Assembly: GCA_016873455.1 (NCBI GenBank)
Contig: VGXE01000007.1
Span: 1,281-65,280 of the forward strand
Length of the DNA stretch: 64,000 nt
Direction: 5' to 3'
Origin: Nitrospira sp.
Lineage (GTDB): Bacteria > Nitrospirota > Nitrospiria > Nitrospirales > Nitrospiraceae
Within the stretch, counting starts at the first letter, position 1; each line of letters opens with the position of its first letter. Below the pieces are notes generated by a model, which worked only from the letters and a program-made list of their open reading frames with translations, did no database searches and was not told where the DNA came from. Shown piece after piece: positions 1 through 8,959 of the stretch. A program made the position numbers and the translations under genes.

Positions 1-108
1 CTCCCCGGCAAGGATCATCCGGGCCGCGGCTTCGCGGCTGGGTGCCTGGCCCCGTGTCACGAGCCATTGATCGAGCCGGTGTTTGTCAGCGCGCGTCGTG
101 GAGACCAT
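1..108 (-). CDS. tlyA: TlyA-family rRNA 2'-O-methyltransferase, N-terminal fragment (runs off window start)
   Basis: Minus-strand ATG at 108 opens MVSTTRADKHRLDQWLVTRGQAPSREAAARMILAGE. This resembles the S4-like N-terminus of TlyA-type proteins. Only 36 codons are visible. Confidence 0.5.
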   Translation of the reverse strand, partial: MVSTTRADKHRLDQWLVTRGQAPSREAAARMILAGE

Positions 109-167
109 GGACTTGTTGGGAAAAACTCGCGGGGAAGAAAAGCCCCCGGACAGTGGAGCGCATCGCG

Positions 168-419
168 TCAGCCGATGGAAGTCTCTCCATCGCCGTCATC
201 GGCAGAAAAGGCCCTGAGTTGTCGCTTCCCATTCTTATCTTGCACCAGCACTTCGATCTTATGCTCGGCTTCTTCCAGGACCTTGAGGCAGTTCTTGGAC
301 AGGCGGATTCCCTCTTCGAAGATCTTCAACGATTCATCCAAAGGCAAGTCTCCCTTTTCCAATTCGCCTACAATGGCTTCCAAGCGTGCCATCGCCTGTT
401 CAAATTTCACACCGGCCAC
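168..419 (-). CDS. xseB: Exodeoxyribonuclease VII small subunit
   Basis: 83 aa. FEQAMARLEAIVGELEKGDLPLDESLKIFEEGIRL is the classic XseB helical hairpin. Lies directly downstream of xseA. Confidence 0.9.
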   Translation of the reverse strand: MAGVKFEQAMARLEAIVGELEKGDLPLDESLKIFEEGIRLSKNCLKVLEEAEHKIEVLVQDKNGKRQLRAFSADDGDGETSIG

Positions 420-473
420 GGTCGTCTCCTCTCCAATAAGCAGTGAGCTATTATAGCCGGACGTGGCGTCCGT

Positions 474-1829
474 TTAAACTGATCCCTCGGGCACGGTTTC
501 ATTGACCGTGCAGCGCAGCTGTCCCCTGGAGAGCCGGGCCACGACTTCCTGGCCGGCCAAAACCTGACTGGCGGCTCGAACGATTCGACGAGCCGGCACC
601 GTTTCCACGATGCTGTATCCCCGGTCGAGAATGGCCAGCGGGCTCAGCGCATGCAGCCGCGCCAGACAGGCATGGGCCTCCTGTGTTCGCCGGTCCATCC
701 CGAACCTCATCACCTGCTGCAAACGCGAGAGAAGCTGAGGCACCAAGGTGGTTCCGTGTCGCACCTGCGCAGCGGGGCTTCTGCCGATCAATACGTGCTG
801 GAACGCATGGAGCTGATCCCATCCCTGTTTCACCAACTCCTGCATGGCTTGACACATCCGGATCACCGCTCCGTCCACCTGCTGCATGTCCTCCAACACC
901 TGGAAACGGACATTCGCCAGATAGCTGACCAGAAGGTCAAGCTGGCTCCGTGTGCCTTCACAGTGCCGGCGGATCGCGCGCCGGCTGCGCATGGTCAGCT
1001 CCCCCAGACGATCCAGCACCTCGCTCAACACCGGAGCCACTGCCTCGGCAGCCGCCGACGGTGTCGGCGCCCGCACGTCGGCCGCAAAATCCGCCATAGT
1101 GACATCCGTCTCATGTCCCACAGCGGAGACGATGGGAACAGGCGATTCGGCAATCGCACGCACAACCCGTTCGTCATTGAAGCTCCAGAGATCTTCCGAA
1201 GACCCTCCGCCACGCCCAACGATGATCACATCGACATGGCCCATTGCCGTCAACGATCGGATGGCAGCGACGATCTGTTCCGCCGAACCGTCCCCCTGGA
1301 CCAACACCGGTGCCAGGATGAGGTGGAGAATGGGACAGCGACGATGCAGCACGGTCATCATGTCTCGAACCGCCGCCCCCGACAGCGAGGTCACAATCCC
1401 GACGGTTCGAGGAAAAGCCGGCAACGGTTTCTTTCGACCCTGATCAAAGAGACCCTCGGCAGCCAGGCGATTCTTGAGCTGTTCAAGCGCCAGTTGCTGT
1501 GCGCCGCGCCCTTGGGGTTCCAGGTACTCAAGAATAATCTGGTACTCTCCGCGCGGCTCATAGACCGTCACACGCCCCCGCACGATGACGTGGAGGCCGT
1601 CCTCCAAACCAAAGCGCAGCCGCAGCGCAGTCGGCCGGAAGATCACGGCCCTGATCTGGCTGGAGTCATCCTTGAGGGTACAGTAGAGATGCCCGGACCC
1701 CGGCGCGCGCAGATTGGAGATTTCCCCTTCGAGCCACACCTCGGCAAAATCGCGTTCCAATGAGGCTCGAACCAATCCGGTCAGTTGGGAGACGGTGAAG
1801 ACCTGTCTCGAGGGAGAGTCGGAAAACAG
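474..1829 (-). CDS. xseA: Exodeoxyribonuclease VII large subunit
   Basis: OB-fold N-terminus (VWLEGEISN, LKDD) plus catalytic core. The conserved VFTVSQLT segment lies upstream of the first ATG/GTG/TTG (TTG at 1775), so the start is placed at in-frame CTG 1829. Start is uncertain; the stop is firm. Confidence 0.85.
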   Translation of the reverse strand: MFSDSPSRQVFTVSQLTGLVRASLERDFAEVWLEGEISNLRAPGSGHLYCTLKDDSSQIRAVIFRPTALRLRFGLEDGLHVIVRGRVTVYEPRGEYQIILEYLEPQGRGAQQLALEQLKNRLAAEGLFDQGRKKPLPAFPRTVGIVTSLSGAAVRDMMTVLHRRCPILHLILAPVLVQGDGSAEQIVAAIRSLTAMGHVDVIIVGRGGGSSEDLWSFNDERVVRAIAESPVPIVSAVGHETDVTMADFAADVRAPTPSAAAEAVAPVLSEVLDRLGELTMRSRRAIRRHCEGTRSQLDLLVSYLANVRFQVLEDMQQVDGAVIRMCQAMQELVKQGWDQLHAFQHVLIGRSPAAQVRHGTTLVPQLLSRLQQVMRFGMDRRTQEAHACLARLHALSPLAILDRGYSIVETVPARRIVRAASQVLAGQEVVARLSRGQLRCTVNETVPEGSV

Positions 1830-1865
1830 CGGGGTGGATGGGACGCGGCTCGTGGACAGTCTCCT

Positions 1866-2645
1866 TTAATCAATGAGTCTGATTCGCTCAAACGCGACGG
1901 CTTTCCCCAGCCGAGCGTCCAGCTCGAGCAGCACCGCACAGAACACCGAAGGGCCGGACGCCACTTCAAACCGTTTGGGCATGCCGGTCAGGAACTTCTC
2001 GATCGCCAACTCTTTTTTCACACCGATCACCGAGTGCAACGGCCCGGTCATGCCGATGTCGGTGATATAGGCCGTGCCCTTCGGCAGGATTTGCTCATCG
2101 GCGGTTTGCACATGCGTGTGGGTCCCGACCACCGCCGTCACGTCTCCGTCCAAATAGTGTGCCATGGCCATCTTTTCCGATGTGGCCTCGGCATGCATAT
2201 CGACCACGACCGCCAATGTTTCCTGCTTCAGCTTCGACACTTCCCGTTTGGCTGTTTGAAACGGACAATCGATCGTCGGCATATAGGCCCGTCCCATCAG
2301 CTGAAGCACCGCCAATTTCTCTCCGCCGGCGGTTTCGACGACCACACTCCCCTTGCCCGGCACACCCGGCGGATAGTTGGCGGGACGCAGCAGGCGCGAT
2401 TCGCGCGGGAAATAGTCCAGCACTTCTTTCTTGTCCCAGGCATGATTGCCCGTCGTGATGACCGAGAGGCCGAGTTCGAACAACTCTTCCGCCAGCTCCG
2501 GCGTAATACCGAATCCGCCTGCGGCATTCTCACCGTTCCCGATCACGACATCGACGTGCCGCTGCGCCACCAGGCGAGGCATCGCGCGGGCCACGGCCCG
2601 CCGGCCCGGTTCGCCCATGATGTCGCCGATGCACAAGACCTTCAT
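1866..2645 (-). CDS. ymdB: YmdB-type metallophosphoesterase (TIGR00282 family)
   Basis: GDIMG, GNGENAAGGFGIT and TGNHAWD motifs. Overlaps rny by 4 nt, the same pairing as Bacillus rny-ymdB. Confidence 0.85.
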   Translation of the reverse strand: MKVLCIGDIMGEPGRRAVARAMPRLVAQRHVDVVIGNGENAAGGFGITPELAEELFELGLSVITTGNHAWDKKEVLDYFPRESRLLRPANYPPGVPGKGSVVVETAGGEKLAVLQLMGRAYMPTIDCPFQTAKREVSKLKQETLAVVVDMHAEATSEKMAMAHYLDGDVTAVVGTHTHVQTADEQILPKGTAYITDIGMTGPLHSVIGVKKELAIEKFLTGMPKRFEVASGPSVFCAVLLELDARLGKAVAFERIRLID

Positions 2646-4219
2646 CGGGCATATTCCACGTATCGGCTCTCCCGAATGACGGTCACCTTGATCTGGCCGG
2701 GATACGTCAATTCCTGCTCGATCTTCTTCGCCAACTCACGCGACAGTTGAAACGACTCGGCATCGGTGATGTCTTCCTGGCGGACGATCACACGGATCTC
2801 TCGCCCCGCCTGAATCGCATAGGCTTTTTGCACGCCCTTCTGTCCCGTGGCCAGCGATTCGAGTTTTTCCAACCGTTTCACGTAGGACTCGAGCGCCTCT
2901 CGTCTGGCGCCAGGCCGGGCCGCCGAGAGCGCCTCCGCTGCCGCCACCAGCACACTCTCCGGACAGATCGGCTCCACCTGCTCATGATGGGCAGCGATCG
3001 CGTTGACGATCTTGGGAGATTCTCCGTATTTTTTGGCGATCTCAGCCCCCAGCATGGCATGCGGCCCTTCTTCTTCGTGGCTCACCGCTTTGCCGATGTC
3101 GTGGAGCAAGGCGCCGCGCCGCGCCAACCTCACGTCCAAGCCGAGTTCCGACGCCATGATGCCGCAGATATACGACGCTTCCCGCGCATGATACAGATTG
3201 TTCTGTCCGTAGCTCGTCCGATACTTGAGCCGCCCCAGTACTTTGATCAACTCAGGATGAAAATCTGCTAGCCCCAACTCGAAAATAATCTTTTCGGCTT
3301 CTTCGTACATCAGCTTGTCGATGTCGACTTTCACCTTCTCGACAATCTCCTCGATGCGGGTGGGATGGATCCGCCCATCGTGCATCAACCGCTCAAGCGA
3401 TACCTTGGCAATCTCTCGCCGCAAGGGATCGAACCCCGAAATGATCACGGCCTCCGGCGTCTCATCGATGATCAAATCGATCCCCGTGGCCGCCTCAATC
3501 GCACGGATATTTCGCCCTTCCCGGCCGATGATCCGTCCCTTCATCGCATCGTTCGGAATCTGGACCACCGAGATCGTGGATTCCGACACGTAGTCGCGCA
3601 CCACCCGCTGAATGGAGCTGGTGATGATTTCGCGGGCCTCCCGCTCGGCGTTCTCGCGCGCCTCTTCGATGGTCCGCTTGGCAATACCCGCCGCATCGAG
3701 CCGGGCCTGCGATTCCATTTCGGCGATCAAGTGTTTCTTCGCCTCGTCCGCCGTCATCCCCGCGACACGCTCCAGCGCCTCACGATGTTCGCGCTCAGCC
3801 TTGGCGCAGGCAGCTTGTTTCGCGGCCAAGCCCTCTTCTCGCCGCATGAAGTCCTGATCGCGTTTCTGTAACTCACTGTCCCGTTTGTCTACCGCGGCAA
3901 GTTTCCGATCGAGGCCTTCTTCCCGCTGGACCAGCCGTTTCTCCGACGCCGAGAACTCGACGAGCTTAGCCTTCTGCTCTTTTTCAAGCTCGGATTTGGC
4001 CTGGAATACCAGGTCCTTGGCTTCCAGCTTAGCCTCTTTCAACAGATTCTCAGCTTCACGCTGCGCGTTCTGGACAATCTGCTTGGCCTGCCCTTCACGC
4101 TCGGCCTGTTTCGAGGCGGCCATGTTCCGACGCACCATCTCGAACACACCGGTACCGAGGAGGGCCCCGACGAGTCCGCATACGATGTACAACACGATTG
4201 AGGTTGAAATGGGAATCAC
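2642..4219 (-). CDS. rny: Ribonuclease Y
   Basis: N-terminal TM helix, long charged coiled coil, KH domain (GRIIGREGRNIRA) and HD domain (LLHDIGKA). Confidence 0.95.
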   Translation of the reverse strand: MIPISTSIVLYIVCGLVGALLGTGVFEMVRRNMAASKQAEREGQAKQIVQNAQREAENLLKEAKLEAKDLVFQAKSELEKEQKAKLVEFSASEKRLVQREEGLDRKLAAVDKRDSELQKRDQDFMRREEGLAAKQAACAKAEREHREALERVAGMTADEAKKHLIAEMESQARLDAAGIAKRTIEEARENAEREAREIITSSIQRVVRDYVSESTISVVQIPNDAMKGRIIGREGRNIRAIEAATGIDLIIDETPEAVIISGFDPLRREIAKVSLERLMHDGRIHPTRIEEIVEKVKVDIDKLMYEEAEKIIFELGLADFHPELIKVLGRLKYRTSYGQNNLYHAREASYICGIMASELGLDVRLARRGALLHDIGKAVSHEEEGPHAMLGAEIAKKYGESPKIVNAIAAHHEQVEPICPESVLVAAAEALSAARPGARREALESYVKRLEKLESLATGQKGVQKAYAIQAGREIRVIVRQEDITDAESFQLSRELAKKIEQELTYPGQIKVTVIRESRYVEYAR

Positions 4220-4793
4220 CCCCTTGTCGGCATGACCAGGCGCCAGCCTGATTCACACATGCATCCTGAACAGATTACGGGGGATTCGAGGAAAGGGCAC
4301 GAAGGGGAGCGGCTCAGGCCATCACTGACTGGTCAGCCCGGAAACACACGAGACCATCTGGCTTGCTGTACGACACCGGTGAGACCCTGCCGCACATCTC
4401 TCTTCTGTGATCGGACGGCTCGTCTTGCGATAGGGCCGCCCTCTCTCGAAGAGTCTATGCCGAAGACAGGAATGGCATACGTCAATTCGTTCTCACCACC
4501 CGGCCATCTCAATGCACCTTCCCATATACGCATCCACAATCGCCGCATGGGAATGACTGTTTCGACCACCACCCACCGGGTTGCCGTCTCATGCATCCGT
4601 GTCCACAGATTGGCTCTCGTTCTCACAACGCTGATTTCCAGTTGAGTTAACGGTCCTGAGTAAAGACTCCTCTATGCCGGCTTATCCACAAATCCACTTC
4701 CACGATTCACTCACTGAGGGCACGATAACAAAGGGCTTCTTTGAAAGCAAGGTCAAACTTGCTCCGCGATGAGAGGATATGAACCGGATGGCA

Positions 4794-5090
4794 TCAGCGA
4801 AAAAGAGACGTCGGCATCTGCTCATCAATGGAGTCCATAAGCACGGCCATGCGCCGCTCGACATCCGCCTCTCCTTGTGCCCGCTTCTTCTCGGACTCAA
4901 AGAGTTGATGCGCCAAATTGATGGCCGTGAGCACCGCCAATTTCGACGGGGTCGATGTCTTCATCCCTTCAGCCAGATGTCTCATGTGATCGTCGACGAA
5001 GTGGGCCAGCCGCCGGATGTAGGCATCATCGGCATCCCCGCGAATGGCATACCGCTGTCCATAGATTTCGACATCGATGGTTTTAGTCAA
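4794..5090 (-). CDS. zapA: Cell division protein ZapA
   Basis: TIDVEIYGQRYAIRGD...LAVLTAINLA signature. AAGGAGG sits 6 nt upstream of TTG at 5090. The ORF-track ATG at 5132 would overlap the upstream gene by 50 nt. Confidence 0.8.
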   Translation of the reverse strand: MTKTIDVEIYGQRYAIRGDADDAYIRRLAHFVDDHMRHLAEGMKTSTPSKLAVLTAINLAHQLFESEKKRAQGEADVERRMAVLMDSIDEQMPTSLFR

Positions 5091-5358
5091 GAGCCACCTC
5101 CTTGGGGTCGTCGGCACATTCCAGCAGTTCAATCTCGCTCATGACCCGCTCGATTCGCGACTTGATATCGAGACGTTCCTTCTCCCACCGCCGATTCATT
5201 TCGTCTTGCGACACAATCTGTTGACGCGCCGCTTTGACTTCATCTTCCAAGGACACATTTTTCCGTTTGAGCTCCTGAACGAGCTTCACCAAGTCCTTGA
5301 TCCGAGTCTCCAACACATCGAGACGGTCCAGCGCCATGACAATCCCGCTTTCGTTCAC
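5083..5358 (-). CDS. ZapB-like coiled-coil cell division protein
   Basis: Small all-helical heptad protein (LDVLETRIKDLVKLVQELKRKNVSLEDE) immediately upstream of zapA and overlapping it. Alternative ATG start at 5337. Confidence 0.55.
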   Translation of the reverse strand: MNESGIVMALDRLDVLETRIKDLVKLVQELKRKNVSLEDEVKAARQQIVSQDEMNRRWEKERLDIKSRIERVMSEIELLECADDPKEVALD

Positions 5359-5404
5359 AAATGAATCCGGTTGGACGCACTATAGAAAACTTCGCAAAAT
5401 CTTG

Positions 5405-7729
5405 TCAAGAAACCGGTTTCGCGACGCCGGCAAGCCGCACATACTCTTTATAACTGCGGAGCACCCGTTTCACATATTGCCTGGTCTCCTGGTAGGGAAT
5501 GAGCTCGACAAATTCGTCTTCACTCCGCCCACGATACACCGTCGCCCATCTCTCGACGGCGATCGGCCCGGCATTGTACGCCGCAATGGTCTGCACCATA
5601 TTGCCGGAAAACTGCCCGAGCAACTGCTGGACGTACCGCACGCCGATCTGGATGTTGGTGTCCTGATCGAACAAATCATCCCGTACCACGCCTGGAAGGC
5701 GATGGCGTTGGGTGACCGCATTGGCGGTCGCCGGCATGATTTGCATCAGGCCGATGGCGCCGACACGGGACACCGCGCGCCGGTCGTATTGGCTTTCTTC
5801 CCGGATGATCGCCGCAACAAGAAACGGATCGACTCCCTCGACGCCTTGCGTTTTGATCGTCCGAAGCAGTCCTGTCGGATAGGCCACGTTCCACAAGCCA
5901 TCCGCAACGGTCCCGCCGGTCCGTTCCAGCCGGTCGCGAAATCGAGCCCGCACAAGCCTAAGCGCGTGATGGTAGGCCCCGACTTCATTCATCAGCATGG
6001 ACAACGTGGTCAACACGTTGGGATCGTGACCGTAGCGGTCCGTCAGTGCGGTGAGTTCTCGTGCCGCCTCTTGCTCAAGACCGAGGGTTCTGAGCTCAAC
6101 CGCCCGCTGATAGGCCGGCTGCTGCTCGATCTCCCTTCGGCTGTCGTCTTGGCGCACCGGTTCAGAAACCGTACCCACAGGCCATGGCGCGGCGACTGTC
6201 ACCGCAACAGGTTGCTCCACTGTCTTGACGGTATCCGACGGAGCGACAATCGAGGGGTCCGTGTGCCCCTGCGCCAGCTGGCAATAATACGTATAGGGAT
6301 AGCGTTTGCACAGCGTCTGGAAGAGATCCCGCGATTTCGTCTTTCCGTTACGGTCGTGGGACCTGGCGATCCAATAGAGGGCCTGCGGCTCGAACTCGCT
6401 GTCTCGCTGGTCGACGATCTGTTGCCAGACCTCGATCGCTCCAGGGTATCGGCCCGTTCGATAGAGCACCCAGCCTTCCCGCCATTGCGCTTCAGCCCTC
6501 TGGGACGCCGGTTCCCCGAATCTCGCAACCTGCCGATACTTCGCGATGGCTTCGTCGAACTGCGCCCGATCCTCCAACCAAATTCCGGCAAACAAATTGA
6601 TCTGGCCCTTCTGCTCGGGAGACAGCGACCGCTTGGCCGCCGCTCGGCTCAGCTCCAGTAATTTCTCCCCGAGTCCCTGCCGCAGATAGACCCGCGCCAG
6701 CCAGACGACGGCTTCATCGGAATGGGCCGTCTGCTCTTTGGCCAACTCATGAAAGCTCTCGCGCGCCTGGTCATACAGCTTCAATCGAACCTGGGCAATG
6801 CCACGCTTGAGTTTCGCCTCTCCGCGCCGAGCGGAAACCGGCTCGCGCGCGAGAAACCGTTTCAGCTCGTCAATCGCCTCCACATGCAACGCCTGTCCAA
6901 GAAACACTTGCGCCCTGGCAAACAGGTCATCCGGCTGCGGAGTCCAGGCTTCCCCGCCGAGGCCGGTCGCCAGCAGCGCTTCCGCCTCCTTTGCATCCTT
7001 GGTCTGTGGAAATTTGACCCATAATTTCTTCAGTGTCTCTCTGGCCTCAGCCTGCTGCCCGTTTCGGAGCTGGCAATTGGCCAGCCGCAGCCAGGCTTGC
7101 GACACGCCAGTCTCCTTATCATTCAGACTCACGGCTTTGGTCAGCCACACCACGGCTTCAGGGCAACTGGAGGCTTGATACCACGATTCACCGGCGCGGA
7201 GCGCCACGTGACTGAGGAGATTGGAGTCTGGTACCGACTGTGAAATGCCCTCGAATGCCAGCGCCGCCTCTCTTGCCTCACCCTGGCGAAGCTGGGCCTC
7301 TCCGATCCACAACCGGACATAATCGTCCAGGATCGGGAATTCCTGCTGGGCTTTCCGAAGAGAGGGAAGAGCGGAAGCCGGATTCTTGTCGACAAGCATG
7401 ACACCCGACAACAAGCCGGCCCGTTTGGCCCAGACCGAATCGGGGAACTGCTCCATCACTCGGCGAAGCCGTTCCAGCTTCAGCGCGAGAACCTGGTCTT
7501 TCGTCAACGTGGTGCCGAGCCGCTCCTTCGGCCAGACCGCGGCGGCAAAGCATTCCTCCGGCGATCCACAGATCTCCACCTGTGGCACGTCCGACCCGGC
7601 CACCTGTGCCGAAGCCGTGCTCAAGGGAAGCACCCACCCGGCGAGGCTCAACATCGCCACCAGCGAAACCGACACGAGCCTGCGGTCCCGGACTACCTCG
7701 GGATTGGAACCGTCGTTCAGATTCTTCAT
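5405..7729 (-). CDS. Soluble lytic murein transglycosylase with TPR/superhelical repeats
   Basis: Signal peptide, long TPR-like repeat region, C-terminal SLT domain (AIIREESQYDRRAVSRVGAIGLMQIMPATA). Confidence 0.88.
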   Translation of the reverse strand: MKNLNDGSNPEVVRDRRLVSVSLVAMLSLAGWVLPLSTASAQVAGSDVPQVEICGSPEECFAAAVWPKERLGTTLTKDQVLALKLERLRRVMEQFPDSVWAKRAGLLSGVMLVDKNPASALPSLRKAQQEFPILDDYVRLWIGEAQLRQGEAREAALAFEGISQSVPDSNLLSHVALRAGESWYQASSCPEAVVWLTKAVSLNDKETGVSQAWLRLANCQLRNGQQAEARETLKKLWVKFPQTKDAKEAEALLATGLGGEAWTPQPDDLFARAQVFLGQALHVEAIDELKRFLAREPVSARRGEAKLKRGIAQVRLKLYDQARESFHELAKEQTAHSDEAVVWLARVYLRQGLGEKLLELSRAAAKRSLSPEQKGQINLFAGIWLEDRAQFDEAIAKYRQVARFGEPASQRAEAQWREGWVLYRTGRYPGAIEVWQQIVDQRDSEFEPQALYWIARSHDRNGKTKSRDLFQTLCKRYPYTYYCQLAQGHTDPSIVAPSDTVKTVEQPVAVTVAAPWPVGTVSEPVRQDDSRREIEQQPAYQRAVELRTLGLEQEAARELTALTDRYGHDPNVLTTLSMLMNEVGAYHHALRLVRARFRDRLERTGGTVADGLWNVAYPTGLLRTIKTQGVEGVDPFLVAAIIREESQYDRRAVSRVGAIGLMQIMPATANAVTQRHRLPGVVRDDLFDQDTNIQIGVRYVQQLLGQFSGNMVQTIAAYNAGPIAVERWATVYRGRSEDEFVELIPYQETRQYVKRVLRSYKEYVRLAGVAKPVS

Positions 7730-7836
7730 AGCCGTTCACTATACAGCCTAGGCAGCAAGAAAAGAAGTTTCACCAAGGTTTCGCCTTCCCCTCAGACCCG
7801 TGTTGGTCCGGATCGTATTTATGTTAGGCTCTGCCA

Positions 7837-8934
7837 ATGGCCACTACCGCATCGACACGAAACGCCCCCGTCAACCTGCTGGCGCTCACGGAGCCTGAGA
7901 TGGCGTCGTTTGTCCGTGCGCAAGGGTGGCCCGGCTATCGTGCCACCCAGATTCTCCGGTGGCTCTACCAACGGCGCGCGCAGACCATTGCCGCCATGAC
8001 CGACCTGTCCCTGCACGACCGCACGGCGCTCGCCGAATGCGCCAGGATCGGCCGCGCGACCAGTTGCACGGTTCTCCAATCCCAGGACGGCACACGCAAA
8101 TTGCTGATGACACTCGACGACGGGATGACGATCGAAGCCGTGCTGATTCCGGATGACGAGAGACTGACATTGTGTGTCTCCACCCAGGTCGGCTGCATGC
8201 TGGACTGCGGATTTTGCCTCACAGGCACGATGGGCTTGAAACGCAACCTCAAATCCCACGAAATCGTCGACCAAGTCTTGGCAGCGCAAGACCGGCTGGA
8301 GGGCGGCGAGCGCATCACCAACCTGGTCTTCATGGGAATGGGAGAACCCTTGGCCAATGTGGATGCGCTTGAGGAGGCCGTGGCCTGCTTCACAAACAAA
8401 TCCTGGGGCCTCGGATGGTCCCCAAGACGCATCACGGTATCGACGGCGGGCCTTGCGTCACGCCTAAAACACGTCGCGGCGCTTGGCGTCAACCTGGCCA
8501 TCTCGCTGAATGCCACCACGGAAGCGCAGCGCCGGGATCTGATGCCCGCCGCCAGCGAGCTCGCGTCGCTGAAAGCGTTGCTCGCGGCTTGCCGCCGGTA
8601 TCCCTTGGCGTTGAATCGCCGCCTGACGTTTGAATACGTCCTCTTGGCCGGGGTCAATGACCTTCCATCCGACGCCCAGCGGTTGGCCGCCCTGCTGCGG
8701 AATATCCAGTGCAAAGTGAATCTGATCCCGTTCAATGAATTTCCTGGAAGCCGTTTCCACCGCCCCCGAGACCGCGAGGTCCTCCAATTTCAAGCCGCAC
8801 TCCGCCAGGCCGGCATCGATGCGTTCATCCGCAAGAGCCGGGGACGCGACGTGCTTGGAGCATGCGGACAACTGGGAAACCCGCCGGCAAGCCCGGGCCC
8901 GATTACCTTGACACCTATCGAATCTCGTTGCTAG
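7837..8934 (+). CDS. rlmN: 23S rRNA/tRNA (adenine-C2)-methyltransferase RlmN, radical SAM
   Basis: CMLDCGFC radical-SAM cluster motif, MGMGEPL, and C-terminal GQL...C typical of RlmN/Cfr. Confidence 0.92.
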   Translation: MATTASTRNAPVNLLALTEPEMASFVRAQGWPGYRATQILRWLYQRRAQTIAAMTDLSLHDRTALAECARIGRATSCTVLQSQDGTRKLLMTLDDGMTIEAVLIPDDERLTLCVSTQVGCMLDCGFCLTGTMGLKRNLKSHEIVDQVLAAQDRLEGGERITNLVFMGMGEPLANVDALEEAVACFTNKSWGLGWSPRRITVSTAGLASRLKHVAALGVNLAISLNATTEAQRRDLMPAASELASLKALLAACRRYPLALNRRLTFEYVLLAGVNDLPSDAQRLAALLRNIQCKVNLIPFNEFPGSRFHRPRDREVLQFQAALRQAGIDAFIRKSRGRDVLGACGQLGNPPASPGPITLTPIESRC

Positions 8935-8959
8935 CATGCCTTCTTTACTTTAGTCCATC

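Noticed and set aside
651-1763. 370-aa plus-strand ORF antisense to xseA
   Set aside because: Arg/His/Pro/Gly-rich low-complexity translation, fully overlapping a gene with clear XseA homology. This is a typical high-GC shadow ORF. The same reasoning applies to 5297-6661, 31748-33154, 36720-37739, 38083-39108, 42153-43337 and 47081-48082.
4232-4645. ORFs of 137 aa (+) and 97 aa (-, 4333-4626) in the zapA-rny gap
   Set aside because: Compositions (Arg/Trp/His/Thr-rich) are not protein-like, and there is no SD or recognisable motif. The region is treated as non-coding or RNA instead.
4447-4670. Possible closing helix of a 6S-like RNA
   Set aside because: Only 8-9 bp (GAAGAGTCT with AGACTCCTC, one mismatch) could be paired by eye, and flanking bases do not extend the helix. 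This is insufficient to annotate an ncRNA, so it is kept only as a hypothesis.
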